Assembly: GCA_965219455.1 (NCBI GenBank)
Contig: OZ244744.1
Span: forward strand, 384,001 to 448,000
Length of the DNA: 64,000 nt
DNA from: Candidatus Latescibacterota bacterium
GTDB lineage: Bacteria; Latescibacterota; UBA2968; GCA-2709665
Direction of reading: 5' to 3'
Below are positions 39,557-51,000 of the stretch, piece after piece. How positions within the stretch are numbered: the stretch's first letter is position 1; every line of letters begins with the position of its first letter. The position numbers and the translations under genes were made by a program. The notes under the pieces are model-generated. The model was not told the DNA's origin. It ran no database searches and worked only from the letters and a program-made list of their open reading frames with translations.

Positions 39557-41220
39557 CCGGGAATCACCGGCAAACGCAGGTATGAAGCATATTGGCGGCT
39601 ATGATGGATCGTCTGGCGGGCGACCCGTACATCATCGTCCAGACCCGGGGTATTCCCCGTATTCAGGTTCCTGTCGAAACGCGGAAAGTTGCTGCTGGAA
39701 ACTTCCAACCTGATCCGATGGCCAGCCTTAAACGAATTACTGGTCTCCCATAGGACGATCCTGTATTCCACGACCGCCCCCGGGCGAATCAGACTCGGTC
39801 TGTGATACGACTCCCGGAATCTCGCCCGTACGATGCCCTCCGTAATGTGGATCGCCATGCCATCCGGATGTACGTCGACGAGGGTGGCCGTAAAATCCGT
39901 ATCCCGTGCATCCGATGCGGCAAACAGGGTGAGTTCCACCGGACCGGTCACTTCCACATCCGACGCCAACGCTTCCGTCGTATACACCAGTACATCCTCG
40001 CGACGTTCCACCGAACACCGATCCCTGGGACCCGTGTTGGCGGGAAACATACTCTGTCCGCCCATCGTCGGTACCGGATCCTCGGGATCGTAGTCGAACC
40101 GATCCGCGGGCTCGTCTCCCGGGCCTTCGCGAGTGAGTTCTCCGTCGCCGAGCAGCGAGCCGGCGCGGCCGCCGCTGTGCAGATAGTACGCTGTGTACTC
40201 CGTTCGCGCCAACGGCCACTCGTTTTCCCAGCGCCAGACATCTTCGCCCATCACGAAAATCCTGACGGGCGGTTCTTCGTCGATCCCGGTATCGATCCCG
40301 CGCAACCGTTGATCGTACCAGCGCAGGTGTTCACGGGGAATATCCACCACGGCGTCAGACCCGAAGTCAATATCTCCAAAGGGTTCCGCGCTCCCGATCT
40401 GCGAATGCGTCCAGGGACCCACCATCAGACGGCTCAATCGCCGGGTCCGGGCGTCGCCTGCGTCCATCCGCCATCCGCGAAAACACTTGAAGCCTTCGTG
40501 GACCAGATTGTCGTACCAGCCCGTCACGAAATAGGCCGGCGTTCTCACCTCCCTGTACCGGCCTTTCATGCTGTATGACGACCAGAACGCGTCGAATTCG
40601 TTGTGCCTGACCACCTCCCTGAAGAACGGCCGGTCCGCGATACCGTCCATGGCCGAAATCAACGGCAGCCGGCGGTAGATCCGGTCCCAGTCCAGCAGGT
40701 CCCGGGGCGCGTTCTGATTGGTCCGTTCGCCGAGCCAGATCCAGTTCATCGCATTCTGCAATTGGAGGACGCCGTTGTAACGCAGGTGCCCGTAGTTGTC
40801 CTCCTGATTCGCAATGGGCATCAGTCCCTTCACGAAGGGACTCCGATGCGGCGCCGGCAGAATTTGGGTGAATCCCGGGTAGGATATCCCGAACATCCCG
40901 ATATTCCCGTCGCACCACGCCTGCGCCCCGATCCATTGCTGCGTGTCATAGCCGTCCCGCGCCTCGTCCACGTACGCCCGCCACTTTCCCTCGGACTCAT
41001 AACGCCCCCGGCTGTCCACCATGATCACCGCGTATCCGGAACTCGAAAAACGCACGGCCCAATCCACATACCTGGGGTGCTGCGTACTGTAGGGCGACCG
41101 GATCAGCAGAACGGGAAACCGCTCTCCACGCGCGGGGCGATACGCCGCACCGTAAAGGTTCACCCCGTCTCTCATGGGGATTTTCAGGTCCAGTTGAATC
41201 CGAATGTCCGCAACCGACAT
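39553..41220 (-). CDS. CocE/NonD family hydrolase
   Basis: IPMRDGV.L, RSPY, DSRGRY.SEG, GISYPG (nucleophile), GWYD, GPWTH and SSSNFPRFDRN motifs. Confidence 0.92.
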   Translation of the reverse strand: MSVADIRIQLDLKIPMRDGVNLYGAAYRPARGERFPVLLIRSPYSTQHPRYVDWAVRFSSSGYAVIMVDSRGRYESEGKWRAYVDEARDGYDTQQWIGAQAWCDGNIGMFGISYPGFTQILPAPHRSPFVKGLMPIANQEDNYGHLRYNGVLQLQNAMNWIWLGERTNQNAPRDLLDWDRIYRRLPLISAMDGIADRPFFREVVRHNEFDAFWSSYSMKGRYREVRTPAYFVTGWYDNLVHEGFKCFRGWRMDAGDARTRRLSRLMVGPWTHSQIGSAEPFGDIDFGSDAVVDIPREHLRWYDQRLRGIDTGIDEEPPVRIFVMGEDVWRWENEWPLARTEYTAYYLHSGGRAGSLLGDGELTREGPGDEPADRFDYDPEDPVPTMGGQSMFPANTGPRDRCSVERREDVLVYTTEALASDVEVTGPVELTLFAASDARDTDFTATLVDVHPDGMAIHITEGIVRARFRESYHRPSLIRPGAVVEYRIVLWETSNSFKAGHRIRLEVSSSNFPRFDRNLNTGNTPGLDDDVRVARQTIHHSRQYASYLRLPVIPG

Positions 41221-41280
41221 TAGAGGTACCCGGTTTGAAGATTCCCGAACCGTTGAGTCCGGGTCCGCAATCGACCCGCG

Positions 41281-42720
41281 CTATGTCGCCAACCTGTCGA
41301 GTACGTTACGCGTGATGGTCGCGACCGCGCTGCGGTCCCTGTACAGCCCGTGCGCCCACTCGATGGTCGCGGCATTGAATACCGTACCCTCGAACTCCGT
41401 TTCATTTATGGCCACCGTGCCGTAGCACCTGGCTTCACCCTCTTTCCCGCCCTCCTTGACCAGACGGTGGCCGTCGGGCGTCATACATTCGGCAAGGGCC
41501 ACAATTCTATATTCCGGCGACACGCCATCCGTGCCGGTGTACTGCGGCCGTCCATTTTCGAATTTCAGGTCCGCCGCATCCGCCTCCACACCTACGATCG
41601 AGTCCTCCCTTCCGAATTCGTCCCCTTCTTCCAGCTCTGTACCCCCAAACACCCAGTGGTCCGCATCGCACACACGATAATATCCCCAATCTTCGGTCGT
41701 AGGGGCCAGGAACACATTCGGATCGGGTGTCTTTGTGTGGACAAACGACGTGTAGAACAAGCCGATGGTCCTCTGGCGCAAATCGTCCAGAAAACACAGA
41801 AACGACGTCTCCGGTCGCTCGGGGGTCGGATGGTCGTGATAATAGGGCTTCGCGCAATAGATCTGCCTGCCCTGATTTCTCAACTCGATCTCCTGGCAGA
41901 AACAATTCCCGCCGAAGAGAATCAAATTGCCCCCATCCTGAACGAAACGCTGCAGCTGTTCGCACTCGCTCCGGCTGTTGTATTCATCGTGACCGAAGCG
42001 CACATTCGCCCGGTAGTCTTTCAGAATATCGGGTTCCGCGTCGTGGTCGCCGTTCACACAATAATCGACGCGGTACCCTTCGGCATCCAGCCAGGACGTG
42101 AAAAACTGATCCCAGATATAGAAGTTACCCAGACATTCCATCTGAAGGGGGCGTTCGAAACTCAGTAGCTTGGCATGCTGCCGATCTGTGGAAATGTAGT
42201 CGTAGAAGCACTTGCCGCCCACGTTATTGTAGGCCTGGTAGGTATTTGTCGCAACCGTAAGCAACATCGGCGCTTCCGGAGACCTGGGCCGCACCACGAA
42301 GAAAATCTCCCGCAGCCCCTGTCCGGTGGGGAAGGTTGCAAGATAGATCCCGCTCGTCCAGGTATCCGGAACGACGAAAGACACCGTCGGCGCCCACCTG
42401 TATCCATCCTGATAGCCCAGCGCCGGAACCTCCTGAAGCGCCCCCCGGAGGCCCTCGATTGTCTTGACCAACTCCCGCCTGGCACCTTCACGGAAAAGGA
42501 AAATCTCGTAGTATGACCGCGAGTTTGAAATGTGAAACGTGATCTCGTCGCCGGGTCTCACGCTCTGCCGGTCCGCATAGCCGCCCTCCATCAACTTCCA
42601 GCTGATCGTCGCATCCCATTCATGATGCGCCCAGATATGTTCTCTCTTCATCGTGGATACCGCCTTTCTCCGAATGGCCTGATCGCCAGCGACCGCGTGG
42701 TTGTGGGTTGTCCTTGACAC
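41281..42720 (-). CDS. N,N-dimethylformamidase beta-subunit-like (DUF6605-like) protein
   Basis: GYADRQSVRPG, W.SG.Y, FFVVR, TYQAYN..GG, SFERP, GHDEY and HWVF.GT motifs; start may instead be ATG 42651. Confidence 0.75.
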   Translation of the reverse strand: MSRTTHNHAVAGDQAIRRKAVSTMKREHIWAHHEWDATISWKLMEGGYADRQSVRPGDEITFHISNSRSYYEIFLFREGARRELVKTIEGLRGALQEVPALGYQDGYRWAPTVSFVVPDTWTSGIYLATFPTGQGLREIFFVVRPRSPEAPMLLTVATNTYQAYNNVGGKCFYDYISTDRQHAKLLSFERPLQMECLGNFYIWDQFFTSWLDAEGYRVDYCVNGDHDAEPDILKDYRANVRFGHDEYNSRSECEQLQRFVQDGGNLILFGGNCFCQEIELRNQGRQIYCAKPYYHDHPTPERPETSFLCFLDDLRQRTIGLFYTSFVHTKTPDPNVFLAPTTEDWGYYRVCDADHWVFGGTELEEGDEFGREDSIVGVEADAADLKFENGRPQYTGTDGVSPEYRIVALAECMTPDGHRLVKEGGKEGEARCYGTVAINETEFEGTVFNAATIEWAHGLYRDRSAVATITRNVLDRLAT

Positions 42721-42795
42721 AGGTATTCACTCATTCCCATATTGCCCATGCACTCGGGAATTTCAAATCGCCGCCAAGTACGGAAGGGGTCTCCA

Positions 42796-43581
42796 ATGAA
42801 GTCCATCCGACTGGATGTCCGGTATTACCACCTCACCAGGAAAGCCTCCGTTGAAGAAAAAGACTTCCATCTCAGGATCCTTCAGCATGAATACCCGGTG
42901 GACCGGGTCGCGCTGGTGCTCGTCGACGTGTGGAGCGACCACTTCGTATCCACGCATCTGCAGCGCGGCAGGAACATCACCATAGAACGTATTCTTCCCG
43001 TTGCCGACGCCTTCCGATCCGTCGGGGCCGCGGTGATTCACGCGCCCAGCCCCGACTGCGCCAAACGCTATGCGGCGTGGACCCGTTTCGCGGGCGATGA
43101 GGAAGTCTTCGGCCGTTCGTCCCCGCCCCGGGACGACTGGCCGCCCGCGGAATTCCGATCAGGAACGGGCGACTATGAAGAGTGGGCCCAGCCAAAGGAT
43201 CCGCACGACGAGGTCTTCGAAGACATCATCAAGAACCGCCGCATCATTCCCGAAGCCGAACCCCGCGCCGGTGACGACGTTATCGTAACCGGCGCCCAAC
43301 TGCACCGCCTCCTGAAATACAGGGGAATCCTGCACCTGTTCTACGCCGGCTTCGCCGCCAACATGTGCGTCCCCTTCCGGGACTACGGCATGCGGGCAAT
43401 GAAGGACCGCGGCTACGACATTGTCCTCATCAGGGACTGCACCACGGCTATTGAAGTCGCGGAAACCTCCGAGAACCTGGACCTGTCACGGGCGGCCGTA
43501 ATCGACACGGAAGTCAACATAGGATACACGACGTCCCACAGCGACCTGGTTGCGGCCTGCCGGCAGGCGCAGCGAACGTAA
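42796..43581 (+). CDS. Isochorismatase/cysteine hydrolase family protein
   Basis: ALVLVDVW, VIHAPS, YAGFAANMCV and LIRDCTTA motifs. Confidence 0.8.
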   Translation: MKSIRLDVRYYHLTRKASVEEKDFHLRILQHEYPVDRVALVLVDVWSDHFVSTHLQRGRNITIERILPVADAFRSVGAAVIHAPSPDCAKRYAAWTRFAGDEEVFGRSSPPRDDWPPAEFRSGTGDYEEWAQPKDPHDEVFEDIIKNRRIIPEAEPRAGDDVIVTGAQLHRLLKYRGILHLFYAGFAANMCVPFRDYGMRAMKDRGYDIVLIRDCTTAIEVAETSENLDLSRAAVIDTEVNIGYTTSHSDLVAACRQAQRT

Positions 43582-43628
43582 GCATCTCCGTGCTTAAGGG
43601 ACTCCTCCTTGGCGCGGTTCACAGCGAC

Positions 43629-44627
43629 CTACGACGGCCCCAGAACGAACCTCGCGGCGTGTTGAATCACCTCCACGCCCGATCCGGGCCTGTGTGCGTT
43701 CTCGCTCAGGTGCCGACGCCAGGCGCGGGCCCCGGGCATTCCCTGAAAGAGGCCCTGGATGTGCCGCGTCATGCCGACAAGCGGCATGCCCAGGCGCAAC
43801 TGATCTTCAACGTACTCGCAGAAACGATCCAGGATTTCCCGCCGAGCGGCCACGGGGCGGGTATCGCCGTAGAACAACTGATCCATCGAAGCCAGAAAAT
43901 AGGGATTCTGATAGGCCTCGCGTCCAATCATCACGCCATCCACATTTTCGAGGTGCCGACGCACCTGGTCGCGGGTCGTGATTCCTCCGTTCAGAATCAC
44001 CTCCAGGTCCGGGAAGTCCTGTTTCAGCCGATACACCACGTCGTATCGCAACGGTGGGATCTCCCGGTTCTGCTTTGGACTCAACCCCTGCAGCCAGGCC
44101 TTTCTGGCGTGAACGACGAACACCCGGCATCCGCCGCCGGAAACGGTCCGTACGAAGTGGACGAGGTCCGCGTATGATTCCCGGCCATCGATTCCAATCC
44201 TTGTCTTCACGGTTACCGGAATCCCAACCGCATTGCGCATCGCCGCCACGCACCGGGCGACCAGGTCAGGCTCCGCCATGAGGCACGCGCCGAACCGACC
44301 GGCCTGCACCCGGTCGCTCGGGCATCCCACGTTCAGATTGATCTCGTCGTACCGGAAGTCTTCGCCGATCCGGGCACAGCGTGCCAGCGCCGCCGGATCG
44401 CTTCCTCCCAGTTGAAGCGCCACCGGATGCTCCCGGCGATGGCGTTTCAGAAGCTGCTCGCGGCGACCTCGTAGGACGGCATCGGCCGTAATCATCTCGG
44501 TATAGAGCAGAATATGCCTGGAAAACAACCTCAGGAAATACCGTTCATGCCTGTCGGTCCAATCCATCATCGGCGCCACCGACAGGCGTCTGTTGACCGT
44601 TTTTTCCGCCAACGTCAAACTCCACAA
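43629..44627 (-). CDS. dusA: tRNA-dihydrouridine(20/20a) synthase
   Basis: SVAPMMDWTDRH, EHPVALQLGGSDP, NLNVGCPSDRVQ.G.FGACLM and HARKAWL.GLSPK.NREIPPL.Y motifs. Confidence 0.95.
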   Translation of the reverse strand: MWSLTLAEKTVNRRLSVAPMMDWTDRHERYFLRLFSRHILLYTEMITADAVLRGRREQLLKRHRREHPVALQLGGSDPAALARCARIGEDFRYDEINLNVGCPSDRVQAGRFGACLMAEPDLVARCVAAMRNAVGIPVTVKTRIGIDGRESYADLVHFVRTVSGGGCRVFVVHARKAWLQGLSPKQNREIPPLRYDVVYRLKQDFPDLEVILNGGITTRDQVRRHLENVDGVMIGREAYQNPYFLASMDQLFYGDTRPVAARREILDRFCEYVEDQLRLGMPLVGMTRHIQGLFQGMPGARAWRRHLSENAHRPGSGVEVIQHAARFVLGPS

Positions 44628-44701
44628 AAATAGACGGACCGTGGGACCAGGAGTGCCGCCGCCGGTACCTGATCTCCGCCCGATTCCGGGAGACCCTTTC
44701 T

Positions 44702-45559
44702 ATGCGCGTTGAACGCCTGCCGAACAACCCCATCATCCGCCCGCACATGGACGCCCGGATGGGGGCCAACATCAACGGTCCATCGCTGGTCCGGGCTCCC
44801 GACTGGCTGCCGAACCCCATCGGGAAGTATTACCTCTATTTCGGCCACCATAGAGGCGAGTACATCCGCGTCGCCTATTCGGACCGTCTCTCCGGTCCGT
44901 GGACAACCTACGTGCCTGGCGTGCTGGACCTCAACGAAGCCTACACGACAGGTCATCTCGCCTCGCCGGACGTTCATGTCGACGACGAGAGTCGCACAAT
45001 CAGGATGTACTATCACGGCCCGGTACCGGACCGTGGCCAACAGTCCAAGGTCGCGCTGTCTTCCGACGGGATTAACTTCACAGCTCGTCCGGAAGATCTC
45101 GGCAATTCCTACTTCCGGGTCTTCCAGTGGCGGGGCGCAACGTACGCGTTGGGTATGCCCGGCATCTTCTATCGATCGTCGGATGGCCTCACGGATTTCC
45201 GGCAGGGTCCCGTGCTATTCTCCGAAGACCAGCGGCACGCCGCGCTGAAACTGGATGGCAACACGCTCTCGGTCTTCTATTCCAACGCCCACGACTGCCC
45301 CGAACGCATCCTGCGGTCCAGGATCGACCTGACGCCGGACTGGATGAATTGGCGGGCGTCAAAGGCTGAGGTTATCCTCGAACCCGAAACCGTCTACGAG
45401 GGCGCGGACCTTCCCCTGCAACCCTCCAGGCGCGGATGGTCCCCCGAGCGGGTGCGTCAGCTTCGGGATCCGGGGGTCTTCAAGGAGGGCCCCGACACCT
45501 ATCTCCTCTACTCTGTTGCCGGTGAATCCGGAATTGCCATTGCAAAGATAACGGAGTGA
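44702..45559 (+). CDS. Beta-propeller GH43-like hypothetical protein
   Basis: NINGPS, YYLYF.HH.G.YIR.AY.D...GPW, H.ASPDV and QLRDP motifs. Confidence 0.7.
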   Translation: MRVERLPNNPIIRPHMDARMGANINGPSLVRAPDWLPNPIGKYYLYFGHHRGEYIRVAYSDRLSGPWTTYVPGVLDLNEAYTTGHLASPDVHVDDESRTIRMYYHGPVPDRGQQSKVALSSDGINFTARPEDLGNSYFRVFQWRGATYALGMPGIFYRSSDGLTDFRQGPVLFSEDQRHAALKLDGNTLSVFYSNAHDCPERILRSRIDLTPDWMNWRASKAEVILEPETVYEGADLPLQPSRRGWSPERVRQLRDPGVFKEGPDTYLLYSVAGESGIAIAKITE

Positions 45560-45660
45560 CCGACGGCGTGCCACGAAAAACCGAGCGGCGGGATTTCACG
45601 CCTTGTTTGCGCAGAACCCCGCCGCTGTATTGCAAATATTCCGCATAAACACCGGTTCAG

Positions 45661-46806
45661 TTACCCGGCAACCGGCAGTCCCAGTTCTTCTGCATTCACA
45701 ATACTCGGACAAGCGTTGGGCGCCCCGTCGCTCAAAAACGGCAGTATATCGTCCTGGTCCGCCCACGTGGGAAAGCCCCTCAGAATGCCGGCCACGTTGC
45801 TGGCGGCGAGCGTCGCCATGCCTTCGCGGGTCCAACTCGTCGCCGACGCGATATGGGGAACAATCACCACGTTGTTCAACTCATTCAATCCGGGTTTCAT
45901 TTCCGGCTCGTCTTCGAAGACATCCAGCCCGACGCGGAAGTCGGGATTTTTTCTGCAGTGCGCCACGAGTGCGCTTTCGTCGATGACTGGACCCCGGCTG
46001 GCATTCACGAGAATCGCATCACGTTTCATCAGGTTCAGAGTTTCCTCGTTCATCAGATTGTGGGTCGTCGAATCGAGAAGCGGATGCAGGCTGACCACGT
46101 CGGCCTCGCGCAACACCTCGGCTACGGAATCCGCTCTGGTAACGCCAACAGGCTCTTCACCCTGCCCCTCCAGGAACGCGGCGTAATCCCGAATGTAGTT
46201 CTCGAGCCTTTCGTTGGGATAGGGATCGTAATAGATAAAGTTCATCTTGAACCCTTCGACCATCATGCGGGCATAGGTCGCGCCGATCCGCCCCGCGCCG
46301 ACCACGCCCACGGTCTTCCGGTTCAGCAACTGCCCCAGGAACAGGGTAGGCAGCCATCCCTCGTACCTGCCGCCTCGCATGTATTCGTCGGCCTCCACCA
46401 CGCGACGCGCAGCCGAGAACGTAAGCGCAATCGCCATCTCGGCCGTGGTCTCAGTCAACACGCCAGGCGTATTTCCCACCGGGATTCCATTCTGTGTTGC
46501 CGCATCCACATCCACATTGTTGAAACCCACCGCATAGTTGCTATACGCCTTGCCGCCGGCCGCTTTCAGTGCCGAGAATAGTGGTTGGCCCCAGTCTTCG
46601 GTAAGCTGTCCGATCACGGCGTCGCACCGATCGCCTATTGCCGCCTTGATTTCATTCACCTGTAATATCCGGATGGAGGTATTATATTCAACGCAACAGC
46701 CCGCCTGTTCCAGAATATTCAGCCAGCGGTCGCCAGGAAGCTCCTTGGTAACCACCACGCGCAGATTCCCCGAAGCATTGAACGTCGTCCACTCTTTAGC
46801 AGCCAA
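45661..46806 (-). CDS. D-glycerate dehydrogenase / hydroxypyruvate reductase (plant HPR1-like)
   Basis: AAGGAGG RBS with TTG start. VIGQLTEDWG, NTPGVLTETTAE, GAGRIG..YARMMVEGFKMN, SRG and PHIASA..WTREGMA motifs. Confidence 0.9.
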   Translation of the reverse strand: MAAKEWTTFNASGNLRVVVTKELPGDRWLNILEQAGCCVEYNTSIRILQVNEIKAAIGDRCDAVIGQLTEDWGQPLFSALKAAGGKAYSNYAVGFNNVDVDAATQNGIPVGNTPGVLTETTAEMAIALTFSAARRVVEADEYMRGGRYEGWLPTLFLGQLLNRKTVGVVGAGRIGATYARMMVEGFKMNFIYYDPYPNERLENYIRDYAAFLEGQGEEPVGVTRADSVAEVLREADVVSLHPLLDSTTHNLMNEETLNLMKRDAILVNASRGPVIDESALVAHCRKNPDFRVGLDVFEDEPEMKPGLNELNNVVIVPHIASATSWTREGMATLAASNVAGILRGFPTWADQDDILPFLSDGAPNACPSIVNAEELGLPVAG

Positions 46807-46969
46807 AACACGCCCTCCTTGGAAATTGAAGATTGGGTACGATGCTGTCGGCACACCGTGGCTCCGACCGGACCCGTCTCAGAAATTTCGCTTGATTTCC
46901 CGTCGAATATACGCAATCGGGTGCGCCAATCCGCCAACACCGGCGCCTGCCGGCTTGTGACGGCAGGAC

Positions 46970-48019
46970 TCAATCAGCCCTGTAGTCCGGAACGTCAACC
47001 GGCACGCTTCCCTGTTGGGCGGACAGATGCGCGCACAGACCCGGTGTTGAGAAGTCAAGGGACCTGTAAACATCTATCGGCACCGTCCCACGGCCGTTGA
47101 CCGCCCGTACGAACCGGTCCACCATGAAATATTCCGACGTCCCGTGCCCGCCCGCCAGCGCCTCATCGGGCGCATCGGGATCCGAGTCTTCGGCAGGAAT
47201 TGTCACCATTGGCCCCTCGCCCGAACGGGAAATCTTGGCCTCTTCCCACGGCGCCCGTCTATTTTCCAGGGTACCTTCGGTGCCGTAGAAAACCTGCCAG
47301 TGCATCGCAGGCTCCCGGGTCACGGTAAATCCGCACAGGATCTTGATGACGCATCCCTTCTCCGTCCGAAACAACCCCACCTCCATGTCAATCGAGCCGA
47401 TCTCGGGCGCGGTATGCGTGCCGGTTGACATGCCCACCGCGGAGACACAACGGTCGTCAAGGATATCCAGCACCGGTCCCAGGCTGTGCGTACAATAGTA
47501 GATGGGCGGCATCGACGCCCGCCACGTCAGCTGTCCCCCCGGACCTCGCATCAGTTTCCGGCAATCGTGTATATACTCCGCTTCCGCGTAGAAAACACGC
47601 CCGATCGCACCCGACTGGATTTTCGTCTTCCAGTCTTGAACATAATGGTAAAAGTTCATATTCTCAGCCATCATGTAGACCCGTCCGGTGCGCCGAACGG
47701 CTTCCGCCAACGCCTCACATTCCTCCAGCGTCCAGGCTGCCGGCACCTCGCTCAGGACGTGCGCGCCGGCTTCCATTGCCCGAATGGATTGTACCGCATG
47801 CAGGGGCGCCGGAGTCGCCACGACAACCACGTCCAGGTCCGCCGATAGAAATGCGTCAAAATCCGCGTACGTCTGTCCGACACCGAAAGCCTCGGCCGCC
47901 TGTTCCCGCCGCTCCGCTTCCGGTTCGCAAATCGCCGCCAGTTGCGTTTCCCGATGGTTTTGAAACGTATTTGCAAGGCTTCGTCCACGCCTCAAACCGG
48001 CTACGCCGACCTTTAACAT
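46970..48019 (-). CDS. Gfo/Idh/MocA family oxidoreductase
   Basis: KVGVAG, VVVATP..LH, HVLSEVP, YMMAEN, YCTHS and GGHG motifs. Confidence 0.88.
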   Translation of the reverse strand: MLKVGVAGLRRGRSLANTFQNHRETQLAAICEPEAERREQAAEAFGVGQTYADFDAFLSADLDVVVVATPAPLHAVQSIRAMEAGAHVLSEVPAAWTLEECEALAEAVRRTGRVYMMAENMNFYHYVQDWKTKIQSGAIGRVFYAEAEYIHDCRKLMRGPGGQLTWRASMPPIYYCTHSLGPVLDILDDRCVSAVGMSTGTHTAPEIGSIDMEVGLFRTEKGCVIKILCGFTVTREPAMHWQVFYGTEGTLENRRAPWEEAKISRSGEGPMVTIPAEDSDPDAPDEALAGGHGTSEYFMVDRFVRAVNGRGTVPIDVYRSLDFSTPGLCAHLSAQQGSVPVDVPDYRAD

Positions 48020-48082
48020 ATTTCCGTCCGAGACAGGGCGAGGCGGCATCGAGAGACTGCCGGACCTCCGCCGACTTACGCA

Positions 48083-51000
48083 TTAGACCCGTTCAACGAC
48101 GGGCTCGATGGAAAGATAAGGTTCGGTAGACGGGAGATGTCCGTTGCCGTTCATCGTCGCCGCCGCGGCCTGATACGCGGCCTCGATTTTGGGACGGATC
48201 ACCTCGCGATAACCGCGCACCTCGTCCGGCATCCGGAACAAGCGTACGTAGTCCCCGTACCGCTCTTCATGATCGAATTCAAACCGATCCACAAACTCGA
48301 CATACCAATCGCGGTACGCCTTCTCCTCTTTATGCCACGCCGGCATCAGTTTGCGCAGGAACTTCATGCGTTTCATCAGCTTCAGCATCCAATCCCGGGT
48401 CGTCAGTTTGAGATAGACATTGAACCCGAGGATATTGAAATTGCCCCGGTTGAAGTGACGGTAGGCAATCCGGTCTCCGCGCTCGGCGCACACGTTGTAT
48501 CGTTCGCAATCGCGCCGGTATTTCTCTTCGCTTGTCAGCAGATGCGCAACGTACACTTCATCTTTGTAAGCCATCACGCGGGGCAGGTACCTGATGACCG
48601 CGCGGGTCGCCTCGTACCCCTCCTCCGGCCGGTCGTTTCCGTACATCTTCCGCACCCGTCGTACGTAAGACCTGGCATAGTCCGCGCCGTCCCACTGCAT
48701 CAGATCGTACACGCCCAGGGCAAACTGCAGGCAATCCTCTTCGTCAAGGGCCAACGGCTCCACCTCAGCCGCCAATTCAAGATAGACATCGCGCGCTTTC
48801 CTGCCCTTTCCGCGTTCGAGAATGCCAGCCTTGTCTTCGACCAATTCCATGTAGGAAAGCGAGCGCTTCTCCTCGGCGACGACGTCCGGGTCGATGGCGA
48901 TTTTGCGCCCGAGGTCAAACGCTTTCAAATTGGACTCAAGGTCGCTACGTTTGAGGTTGCGCTCCATTGACCATTTTATGTGTTCCAGTTCCAGCGGCAA
49001 CACGCCCCGCTGATAGGCAACCCCGAGAAGGATGCTGTTGGCATAGATCTTATTGCCCAGAAAACGCTCCGAGATCTCCCCGAGGTCCATCCCGAAAAAT
49101 CCCTCTGCATTCGTGTGTTGTTTCAGCACGTCCTCCAGTTCCGAGGTATCGAATTCGTCCTGTCCCGTAAGCGTCAGTACCGTATGCCGCTTCCCTGTTT
49201 CCACTACCGCGGTGGTATGTCTCGGGCTGGCGACACGGCCGTTTCCCATGGACTCCAGCCCGCGCACCGCCTCCAGGATATCCAGGCCAAGAAGCAGATC
49301 GGCATGGCCGTAGGGGGTGATTTGAGATATAACGCGGTCGCCCTTTGCAAAACTTACATGGGAATACACAGCCCCATTTCGGATGGCCAACCCCTTTTTG
49401 TTGGTAAATCGAACGGCATAACCCTGCCGGGCGCCGGCCACGGAGAGAATCGCGGCGATGGTATTGATGCCCATGCCCCCCACCCCGGCAATGTACGCGT
49501 ACCACGTGGCGTCGAATGCCTTCACTTCGGGCGCAGGCAAGTTTGAAAGGTCGATTGCTTCCGTCTGCCTCTGCGCGGGCCCGGTGCGCTTTACAATGAC
49601 CTCCTCAAACGACGGGCAGGTGCCATCCCCATTGGAAACGGTCACCCTGGTACACGCTCCGTCCGCCACACACAGAGAAAGATCCGTGGCGATCTTGGGC
49701 CCGTGCAACGTCTGCTCAACCGTCAATCCGCTGCAACCGGTTGCCCGCGTGCATTCCAGGCAATATTCGCAGACCTCCGGCGTAATGTTGATATGCCGCT
49801 CCTCGGGCAGGTATCCCCTATCCTGAACGACCTCGTTCTGCGTCGCGCGCTGCCGGCGGTGGAATGTTATTCCGCACTCCTTGTCCGCAATGACAATCTT
49901 CACGCCATCCTTCAACAGCGCGCGCTCCAGTGTCTGCCGGTAGGACGTCCGTTCCGCTGGATTCATCCGCGCGACAAACACGCAATCTCCGGTGCCTGCC
50001 ATGCCCCGCACAACCTGTTCGATATCCTGGGCAAATGTCGGCTTGCCCAGAATATCCACGTCTACACCCGGCGTGGGCTGGTGCCCCGTCATTGCCGTTG
50101 TTTTATTGTCCAGAATGACGTAGGTAATGTCCTGACCGTGTTTTATCGAATCGGAGATCGCCGCCATTCCGCTGTGAAAAAAGGTCGAGTCTCCCATAAA
50201 GACAAGCTGCTTGTTGTCGATATACGGATCGATACCGGCTCCTGTGCCCCCGCCCAACCCCATCCCGGACAAATTGTGCATCAGCCGGTCGAATGGTTTG
50301 TATTTCAATAGGGAATAACAGCCGATATCTCCATGAAACACCAGGTCGGCCGGGTCTCTCTGGTGGTTTTTCTGCATATAGTCCGTACTGCTGAAATCGT
50401 CGACTACCCGATTCAACACACTGGCGGAATCCCGATGCGGGCAACCGGGGCAGAAGGAAGGGGTGCGAACCGCCGCCTGCACCAGGTAGTTGGCCGTCTC
50501 GTCAACGAGATCGACCTCCCGCACAATCCGATCCCGGTCGATGGGCACTGTGGGATCGTTCAGGCCCAGCAACACGGGAGCCAACGCCTTGAGCAGAATG
50601 GATGGATTCATACCCTTGCTGTCCGGGAAGCCCGGTTGACCGTTTGGAAAGCGCTTTCCCCAGATTCGGAACGGGCCGATCTCTCCATCCTGATGCAATC
50701 CCTGCAACGCGGCCGTGACCTGCCCTTCCAGAAACCCGCGCTTCTCTTCCACCACATATATCTCGTCGACAATGGCCACGAAAGCCTTCAGTATCTCAGG
50801 ATCTACGGGATACGTCAGCCCATATTTCAAAATTGGAATGCTGCCCTCCAGCCCCACCATATTCATCACATGCTCAAGGTAGCAATAGGCGAGACTGGAA
50901 CTGATGAATCCAACCCGCTTTTTCCCGGAAGCAGGCGGATACAGAATACGGTTCAGATTGTATTCGCGGGCATATTCGAGCAACTCCGGCATCCGTCGAT

